Positions 54,501 through 64,000 of a DNA stretch of 64,000 nt are shown in pieces. Within the stretch, counting starts at the first letter, position 1. Each line of letters opens with the position of its first letter. The position numbers were made by a program, and so were the translations under genes. The notes beneath the pieces are model-generated. The model was not told the origin of the DNA. It saw nothing but the letters and a program-made list of their open reading frames with translations, and ran no database searches. Source of the DNA: Phoronis australis (taxonomy: Eukaryota > Animalia > Phoronida). The DNA is taken from assembly GCA_002633005.1 (NCBI GenBank), contig NMRA01000396.1:231562-295561 (forward strand). The letters are read 5' to 3'.

Positions 54501-57058
54501 GACGAACCACTGACGTCGCTGGGTCGTTTCTCACCTTTCTCAAAGGTTAACGCGACACCTGTGCAAGGTGAAGTTGACCGTATAAAAGGCGGTGTGGATA
54601 TAGACCGATTAAGACGGTAAAAAAGACTAATTAAATCGGGTGGAAATCTCTTTTAAATGTGCTTGCGATACTTTTGTACATGTTATTACTTTGTTAAGGT
54701 TTTAATGATAATGTCTCCAATCGAAAGCACGTCAACATGTATTGTTTTGCAACGATTCAGTGAAAGTATGTATTTATTTTCTGAAATTAGAAAGCGTGTG
54801 AAGCAATTTGCATGGGGAATTTCCTGCAGTTTTGATCGAGAATTAGTGTAATCAAATCAAGCCACATTTTATTGCTCCATTTTCATTTTTATGACTGTTG
54901 ATCAAGCGAGAGTCTTGAGCTACGGATCCATGCAATCAGCAATTTCTCGACAACATTAATCAACAAACCCGACAGTTACATTAGTCATTCTTTATAAGCA
55001 CCGGCCTGTACGTAGCCCTAGGTCAGTGGATGATCAGTGGGAGTAGTTCGGCCTCTATCTTCTAGTCGTATCCAGTAGGAACCACTTTAATTCGACAACC
55101 TATACCCAACTGACTACATAATCCCTGTAGTCACTTCGAGTAGCTAATGTAAACTACCCATTGGGGCTGCAGGATGTCAGAAAAATATTCTTTGCGATTG
55201 GTGTCACTTGATACCAGATGTCTGATTTTGTGTTATTATTCACGCAGTTCCCATGGCCTGACTAAACTCACTTGGCATCCATGGACCTACTTTGATGACG
55301 TATTTGAGCCTTCTGCTGGAGCGGCGCACCATATACTGTACAGGGTGGAGGGCTATATCCACCTCAACCCATTTATTTCAGTGCTGCACCGCCCATGTGT
55401 TGTTCATGCAGGCTGATTAACCAAAGGAGGCTCCAAGGACATTGAGTTAGTGGGGGCAGGGTAGAGTATTAATCATGATTTTGCCTGTCAGACATTCGCA
55501 ACCCCGTTCTGCCGAATGCAATCTGGAGAATTTCAGGGGAGCATGGGTCCCTTGGTCTTCCCCCTTAAACCCGCCGCTGTTAAGAATATCATATGTACTG
55601 GTTATAGTGAATACATCCAACCTGGTTTGAACTAAGGGTAACAACTGTCTTTTTATTTTTGTTTTTTTTTTCTCAAAAATGTATATCACTTGAGAAAAAT
55701 TGATGACCTGACAGATAACACCAATTGCTGAGTTTTCCTGATCTTTGAAATTATATATCTTTTCATATTTTGGGATCCAGCCCTTGTAGGGGGCCATTGT
55801 TGACATTCAATTGGCCAACCTGTGCTGTTTTTGGTAACGATTTCTTATGCGACCACTCACGGAGAGAACGGCCAATGTTGGAATCGGTTACCTCTATTTC
55901 AATGTTTTTGTAAATCGTACAACCGACTTTCATGTTGAGGAAGGTCATGGTCACAAGATGGAATGAATTGCCAATCTTTTCCAAGCGCATGATGCTTAGC
56001 CTTTCATCTTAAAGTGTCCCATTTCAGACGGGACCCTCTCTCGGTATGGCGGTTCGGGGGAATTGTCCCTTTCTCCCTCTATACATGACAATTCGACACT
56101 GCCAAGTATTCACGAGGGGAAGTTGAAATTCCAAATTCATCAAAAGCTCAAAACATTCGTGCACAGCACAGCAGTATCACGACATTCGACTCACAAATAA
56201 GCAAAAATGAGAAAAATACAATAGTAGGATTGACCGTGATCGAAAAGGTGGAGTTTTGAAGAACATGAAAAACACTATTTTTGAAGTACACACAATGGTT
56301 ACCGATGGTTATTTATAAAATAATGTTACTTTTTCCCACAGTATCACAATAATAGCATTTCTTTTGATGATTGTTACCAGGAGTTGTTTATAAGGAGTTC
56401 GCACATGTCGAAAAGACTGTTTGGGCTACGATTTGTGATAACAGCGTACATGTACATGCCGAGCACGGGTACTGAAAGTAATTGCAATCGTAAACCAAAA
56501 TTTCAGCGTCCTTTTGGTGTTCAGGTTGAAGTCGTAAACAGTTATACAAAACTCTGAAATGAGCAAAAATGCACCATATTACAAATGTCCCATCTCCCAT
56601 GTTCTCCCAGTTATCCGTCAAAAATCTGCAAGTATGCCTTCGGGAATTTCTTAAAACATTCCGTTTTGATAAACAAATTCGTGTCTGATTTACATGTGTA
56701 TATATCTTCGTAAATCGACAAATACGCATATTTTTTGCAATTAAAAACTTATCTTTTAAGAATTGGCTGTTCGTCGGGAGCGAGTTTTCGGTTATACGGA
56801 ATTGATTAAACGCGCGACAGTCTTTTTTCACAGTCTTTATTCCATTACGTTCGTACTTTCGGAACAAAACTCTACTCTCAACTGAACACAGATAAACTAA
56901 CTGACCATGCAACATTATTAAAAGACACACGATATTTCGAAACATACTTGTTTCATTCTCAAGTTAAGATAAAATGACGCAGTAACGCTCCCACAGAACA
57001 GTTAATTTATCTGTGTCCAGTTGAGAGTAGAGTTTTGTTCCGAAAGTACGAGCGTAAC
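48512..57058 (+). repeat. Copy 2 of large direct duplication
   Basis: Colinear with 37187-47552 except for two large indels. Confidence 0.9.
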
Positions 57059-57106
57059 GGAATAAATACTTTGAACAATGAAAAGTGTCGTGCGTTTAAC
57101 CAATTC
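56799..57106. mobile_element. Fold-back element/MITE with ~105-bp inverted arms (truncated copy 47293-47552)
   Basis: 56799-56903 is a near reverse complement of 56999-57106. Confidence 0.85.
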
Positions 57107-57751
57107 TTCTAAGAACTGATGATGTTCCAGTGAATTTAGTTGCTGCCTGAACTTGGAAAACTGTAATACGGCCCTCAAATAGTATATTACACTTAGACGA
57201 CTTTTGCCTATATAAAATAACTTTCAAACATATTGATGAAATTCGGACAGTTCCAAAAAATATGCAGTACTCAAAATTCAAATGACAATAAATGCATTGC
57301 TTTTTGAATTAGGTGCAACATTTGTCATTTAAGCTCACAAACAGGAGATCAGAAATGTAAGCGCATGCTCATGCAATCGATTGTTGGCTTCTGTTTAAAT
57401 ATTTATGTATTAACGAAAGTCGATTGGTTGGTCTATGATTTGTTTTAAAGTTAGAAGCTAATCTTTTTAGAAATTTCGTCGCTTCCCTGAACTCAGTTGC
57501 AAGCTGACATTGAGAAATTTCATGTCACGTTTTTCGCCGTGTATGGGTGGGCGCAGGTTGTTACAGACCGGTGCTAATAGCTTTCGGTGCGACGATTGAC
57601 TGAAGACTGGTACGAGTTAATCCTTTTTTAATCCCGATCGTACGTTCACAAGCCTACTCAAACGAAACGTCCGATGTAATATCTGCTCTATGCTCCAGCC
57701 AGTGCTGCGAAGCCTTGACTTGTGATGAACTTCTGAGAAACGTTCAGCAAC

Positions 57752-58303
57752 TGTTACACTCGTCGATTCAATAACCTGCTGTCTCTTTAGCTAGCTCACT
57801 ATTGACTATAGCTGTAACTGCTGATTCTCTTCACTGCAACTCAACTGTAATTTTCCTGATTAACTTTCTTGAACTGACTTGACCTTCTGAGGAACTGCTG
57901 AGTTGATCTTCTCTTGAACTGACTTGATCTCAATAACACAAACCCGTGCTTGTGTATTTATAGCCTGATGCATTGTTCTGGAAATTTTCATCATTTCAAG
58001 CACATTCTAAAACATTCCTGAATCTACCCAACCATTTTACAAGCATGTACTAGTCCCTAGGATATTCCAGACTGCATTAATCACTGTCATGCTAGAGTCT
58101 TCTAGAAAGTTTCACACTATACTGTAGTAAACAAATCACATCATCACAGTTCTGACCTCAGTCTACTAGAAAGTTCCACACTATTTTGTAGTAAACGAAT
58201 TACATCATCACTGTACTTAACTCAGGGGTAATGCCAATCAAACAGAATAACAAAACAAAACAAAACAATACAACTAAAAATGCTGTCAGACCATTATCTG
58301 ACA
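57752..58303 (-). mobile_element. Solo LTR (Gypsy-like)
   Basis: TGTTACA...TGACA termini, near-TSD caac/caat, minus-strand ctataaatac TATA, ttctagaa-type repeats. Confidence 0.6.
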
Positions 58304-61300
58304 CAATCTATCATCAGACACCCAAATAGCAAAGTACACTAAGCGATTTTAGTATCTATCTGAAATTAGTCTAAAGGATACTAACTGTCGGACAGTTTTA
58401 CACAGTGTATCAGAATGCTCTCACAGCTCAAATGTCAATAATTTGTTTATTGACTGAGAAACTAGATTAATGGTTTCAATTCACAAACCGTAGATCGAAA
58501 AGGAAGTCCTTCAATTGCCACCAGAAATTCGACTACCGGTCGTGTTTCAACAAGGGATTTTGAAACAGCCCCAAAGGCACTATACTAGGGACCTCGAGAC
58601 TTCACTTTAACAAAAAATTCCTTCAAAGAATGATCATAATAAAACGAATCCTTATAGTCAGCGCCAACGCATAGATTCGAGCTAAGTTGCCTGTGTCAAT
58701 TGAGTGAGCTTTAGTTCATTGAATTTCGAAGTTTCACATTGTTTGATCTCAGCTACAATTACTTGAGGCAGCTCCCATCTACCCGTCAGTGTGGTGACCC
58801 TAGGCCCATTCTTACTCTCTGTGAAACTTTGTTGATTCACGGTTTTACTCAAACCCTGATCATTGCATCCCCTCAGCGAGATTGCCCACAACCTATAGCA
58901 TACGTGGCGGGTGCGGTACAAATATGGCGGCATCTGGAAAACGGGTGGGGGGTTGATGGGGGGCAGAGGTGGTGGCGATAGGAAATAAAGGGGTAGTTTG
59001 GAGAAGTCGAATTTGTTTGTGTACCCCAACAACTTTTGCAAAGTTCCTACGGCCTGAACATAGGGACCAGATGACACCAGTTGAGGAAATACACTTCAGA
59101 AAAACAGTGGGTAAACACTCGTAAGAGACAAGCAGAAACATGCGGCATATGTAATGCATTATTTCTATGAATTTGTTTTTTTTGTTACCGTTTTGAAGAA
59201 TATGCCTAGACCCATTCCCTTAGGCACATCAAAATATCAACCTTTAAACGCAGAAAAAATGGTGGAACATCTGTAAGAGGCAAACACAAACATGCGACAT
59301 ACATGTATATGAATCACGAATATTTTGTTTTGTTATCATGTTCCGTCATTTCTTCATTTAAAGGGTGATTTTTTGTTATTAGCGATTAGGGGAAAAGCTG
59401 TAAGAGGCCACCACATAGATGCAGGATATACACTGTTTAATGCATTTTTATGAAAGTTTTAGAGCAGGGCGCAGTATTGGCTTATTTGCAACATTATCAA
59501 AACACACCTGCATATAAGCAATAAGGTTTGAAAGTAAAATAGCTTGCCTCCTCTGAACATTACACTGCTAGATGCGCTGCTTACACGGGGTTGCCAAAGA
59601 TCAAGAATCCTCCATATTGTTTAAACAGAAGCGCTAACTGTCGGTGTATGAGTGACTGATCAGCAGCTAATCAGTGCTGCGTACACCACATACACGGGTC
59701 CCTTTTACAGGCTAAGTTTCTAGCGATTCTGCAAATTAGCATCGACTGAAAGCTCTCAATTGCACAAAGGTAGGTAATGAGCGAATCTTCACCTGCAGAA
59801 GACTAGAGGTGATATTTACGTGGAATGACGGGCTACTCTGATTGCTACCTTGCGATTCTGCATATTGAAGCCTTTCACATCACATTGCTACACAAAACAA
59901 CATTAAAATACATTGCATTCAATACCCACCTTACCTCCAAGAGAATGGAAACATTTCGATGTACAATCTAAAGAACAGCGATCAATGTTTTTGATGTTTA
60001 ACTGAAACATGGTGGAGGCGTGGTCTTTCGATAATAAATCTCCCGCGAAATTTCAATAACTATGCGTAATTCGCATTTCTTTCGCGGTGGATTGAGAGAG
60101 ACATTATATGTAAAAAAGACAAATTTTTATCACAATTAGAATAAATGGATTGTAAACACATAATAGTAGTGATCCGTTCGTAGCTAATTCTACTAGAAAA
60201 CGACACAAACACACAACAATATACAGCATGTCATAATCGATCTCTTTGTATTAATTACATGTAATTAAACTTTAAGATCGTAGGGCTGAAAAGAGGGTGA
60301 GGGTCTCGCGTTACTTGAAGAGTAGCTCCACAAAAAGCCGCATGCTGTTGTTCACCAATCGCATTGCTTTCAATGGCACATTTATCGAGCTGTGGACTTT
60401 TCAGTATTGCTGTATTTCATCATAAATTCGAACATGAACAATAGAGAATGAAACAAACTGGAACCGCATACCAACTTTTTTTTAAATTACATTACTTATG
60501 TTTCCATAAGCATCATAATACAGTGCCCTACTAGTTAGAGTCAAGTACAAACATACGGCACATATAATGCAATTTTTCTATGAAAGTTTTTTAAAACCCT
60601 TTCTCAGAACATGGCTAGGCTCATGCACCTTAGGCGATCAATCGCATTTTAAGCATATCAGCATCGACTGAAGGCTTTCAATCGCATATTAAGAGCTAAT
60701 CAGCGATTCTAAACCTGTAGGAAACTAGGAGCGCTGCTTGCACGGAATGACGGGCTACTTTGACGGGTTACCTTGCGATTCCGCATACTAGCATCGATTG
60801 AAGGCCTTCAATCTCACATTAAACAGCTAATCAGCGACTTTATACATGTACATGTAGCTGCTTGTAGAACACTAGGGGCGATGCTTACGCGGAATGCTGG
60901 CTACTCTGAGGGGCTACCTTGCAATTCTTGCAGTTCTGCTTATTAAAGGAGAATGGCACACAAAAAACAACCTATTCTGTATCAATTTAGGACGAGTAGT
61001 TTTACTCGATAACGGCAGGTTCGATTGCGTTACCTGACCCTTGACGGCAGACGGAGGTGTTGAAATTATCCAATGACGTAATTGGATTCACACGCAGTCT
61101 GCTCAGCGGGTTCACAACACGGGTTCGTGGTGTCAGCTTATCGCTTGAATTCATCGTTTAACACCAATAAATTATCTAAGTTCGATGTAAAACCCAGAAA
61201 AATGCACCGAGTTCTCATAAAAGCGCGTTGCTTTATTTCGCTGTTGCGGATTTACTGGTGTTTGGACACACCGTAGCCTACAAAGTTCGGCAAGCCAATT

Positions 61301-61558
61301 TACCAAGGTCCGTAGCAGGAGTTTGGGGTCTCTTCGGAGATAAATTCAAAGTATTATTCCGTGAAATACAGACAGGATAACCTAGATCCGTGTTGCTTAT
61401 GCTTGTGATTTTTTGAGTTCCAAACACACAAAACGCTTGTTATTCCGGCCAGCGGCTCGGAACCCGGTCAGGCCTTTCGCGGCCGCCGGGAATGGCGCGA
61501 ACATAAACCAGGTTGAGTTGGAAACTAAACCTCCAGTCACGAAAAGACTATAATAGTG

Positions 61559-61831
61559 CATGCGCGCACCAGCCTTTAGTATGAGGGGGGGCTCGAATTT
61601 CTGACCAAGTGGACCTTTTGCGCTAGCAAAATGCTGGAGCACTAAAAAACGGGGTACTCCTTCAGTACTGTGAACTGTGCGCCTGCGCCTTTTAGTGTAC
61701 TTTTGTCTCATATCCTTGGAATTTTGGTTTCTCTGATTGAGGCGGACCTTTTTGCCCTCTTCACTGGAGAGGGGAGTCGTTCGAGCCCCCCCCCCCCCNC
61801 CCCCCCCCCCCCAACCCTGGGTGCGCGCATG
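61559..61831. mobile_element. MITE, CATGCGCGCACC termini, 5-bp TSD (same family as 3006-3218)
   Basis: catgcgcgcacc ... ggtgcgcgcatg flanked by tagtg/tagtg. Confidence 0.8.
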
Positions 61832-62462
61832 TAGTGAGCCAAAGGAATAATGTGCACGTAATTATTTATTTGAATCAGGCACGAAACTGAAAATCTACTT
61901 ACTTGTCGGGGGCCGCGAAGTCGGGTTCCCCTTCCACAGACCGTCAGGGGAAAGGTTGTACAGTAACAATGATTTGAATAAATTGTATTTGTATTTCTAA
62001 ATAATAATTCCCCTAACACTTGTGACCATAGCATATATAATCGAGTAATTGTGTCACAACAGCTTTCTGTCAGCATGTCCTTGTTGCCGGCGTCAAAGGC
62101 CGGTAACGCAGTGGTTTATTCACTGCTGGCTTCTCAAAACATTTGCNTAGTGAGCCAAAGGAATAATGTGCACGTAATTATTTATTTGAATCAGGCACGA
62201 AACTGAAAATCTACTTACTTGTCGGGGGCAGCGAAGTCGGGTTCCCCTTCCACAGACCGTCAGGGGAAAGGTTGTACAGTAACAATGAATTGAATAATAT
62301 GTATTTGTATTTCTAAATAATAATTCCCCTAACACTTGTGACCATAGCATATATAATCGAGTAATTGTGTCACAACAGCTTTCTGTCAGCATGTCCTTGT
62401 TGCCGGCGTCAAAGGCCGGTAACGCAGTGGTTTATTCACTGCTGGCTTCTCAAAACATTTGC
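61832..62462 (+). repeat. 316-bp tandem duplication split by N (likely contig overlap)
   Basis: 61832-62146 is nearly identical to 62148-62462; N at 62147. Confidence 0.85.
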
Positions 62463-64000
62463 ACTCACGAGCCCTCCAAGGCATAACACGTTGTATCTAA
62501 TGATACAGACTTTGTTTCAGTTTCATATAAGCATTGGTTAGGATCATTTTAGGATGAGAATAATTCATTTTGAAACAGAACGCAGAACAATAAACGTCTA
62601 CATGGCAACTCGCCCGGCGCCAATACCGACTTAGTCAAGCGCTAATCCGACGAAGACTTCACGTGTCGGATTGATAGGTTTCACAGGCTATCAGTTCGAA
62701 CCGGAATATACTGATTAAGAAATACTAGAGAGGTGTCTTTAACATGCATAGGCAACGGAACGTATGGATAATTCTTTGGTAAGCCGGAATTCGGCAGAGA
62801 AATCACTGTCGACGAAATGCCGGCCACAGACACGGAGATGTTTCACGGCCTCATACTTGCTAATAACAGCACACCTTTCATTTTTCACAACCGCGAGCCA
62901 CTTCCTAAGCATTTCGGGTTCTCGAGGAAGTCGAAAAAACGATATACCCGCTTTCTTCGCAGCTTCATAGTTCGGACAAGTGGGAACGATTCACCACAAT
63001 ATAGCTGCATTCACTCTGCAGACGAACCACTGACGTCGCTGCGTCATTTCTCACCTTCCTCACAGGTTAACGTGACACTTCTCGGCAAGGTGAGGTCGAC
63101 CGTTTAAGAAGCGATGTGGATATAGACCGATTAAGATGGTAAAAATGACTAATTAAATCGGTGGCATTCTCCTTTAACATCGATTGAAGGCTTTCAATAG
63201 CACATTAGCAGCTAATCAGCATTTCTACCCCTGTACTAGAACACCAGGGACGATGCGCATAATAACGGGTTATTCTGACGGGGAAGAAATAGTAGACAAT
63301 ACCATCATTCCTTATGTACATATTTTGGTCAAAAATTTGGAAGTCTCTGAAAAACCGGTGCTGAATGAGCAGCTCACAGTTGTGTACTGCCTGCTGCCCC
63401 TGTTCGCCTGTTTGGGCTCCCTATTATGTGATACATTCATATTTGTCTACCTGTTTACACACCCTTCTACCTGCTGTCACTGTTGTTCATTTCTCTTCTA
63501 CGTTCATTTCATCTATTGCTTGATAATGAGGCATTTGGTCTCTAAATGTAGTAACTATTTCAACTTGTTTGTCTGTCATGTCTCTTGGTGTTTTGCTTGA
63601 TAACCGCACGCCTGGAGATAGGAGATTGAGTAGAGACTACGATCGAGTTATATATTAAGCTGACTAGCAAAAACCACGGTCGTGCCTTAAACCAAACAGT
63701 TTATTACAAATGATTACAAAGTCTCCATACATTAGCTTCCTCATTTGAGTCAACATGGAAGAAATGGTGTATTTCACTGTAAAGGGATGACAAACTACAT
63801 TTTTTTTTCAGTTAAGTATTTTTATTTTCTCTAGCATGGGTATTTACAATTTACACGACACAATAAACAATACAGTATACAAGTACCTTAGTTGCAACAA
63901 ATTATCGTCAAGTATCACAATTTGGTATACAAAACAGAAATACAGATATGTAAAAAAAATCAAGCCATTCTCACCCTTAACATACACGCCACACGCACCC

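Larger units (their letters stand above)
59738..63285 (+). repeat. Dispersed/tandem ~130-bp repeat: 59738-59865, 60660-60790, 60790-60930, 63178-63285
   Basis: Shared gcatcga(c/t)tgaaggctttcaat...gctaatcagc...actag...ggaatgacgggctact...accttgcgatt. Confidence 0.75.

Noticed and set aside
58682-59159. Overlapping Pro-rich ORFs
   Set aside because: Driven by a G-rich tract; no domain or splice support recognised.
61832-62462. Biological tandem duplication / duplicated MLTESCC ORFs
   Set aside because: Copies abut at an N and are nearly identical, typical of an unmerged contig overlap.

Overview
AT-rich, repeat-dense eukaryotic DNA, most consistent with a marine invertebrate draft assembly (single-N joins at 12702, 47553, 62147). 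The host gene content is a minus-strand tandem pair of paralogous class-B/Methuselah-like GPCR genes: one complete (three coding exons, 26264-31398, with a somatomedin-B-like ectodomain) and one partial (two 5' exons at 642-1509). The main mobile element is a 5'-gapped, partly inactivated Ngaro-type tyrosine-recombinase retrotransposon (12703-~17520: gag, RT/RNase H, YR, SGNH hydrolase). It shows two features worth testing: a candidate one-donor/three-acceptor phase-1 splicing scheme, and a 3' array of hairpins with varying stems and CANNU loops. Other contents are L2/Crack-like and RNase H-bearing LINE fragments, a THAP relic, several CA...TG MITEs with 5-bp TSDs, a 5.9-kb TIR-bounded element, a solo LTR, a degenerate hammerhead plus tRNA-like (retrozyme-like) unit and a 21-bp minisatellite. 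A ~9-10 kb duplication (37187-47552 vs 48512-57058) is probably two uncollapsed haplotypes. All calls were made by eye, with no database searches.
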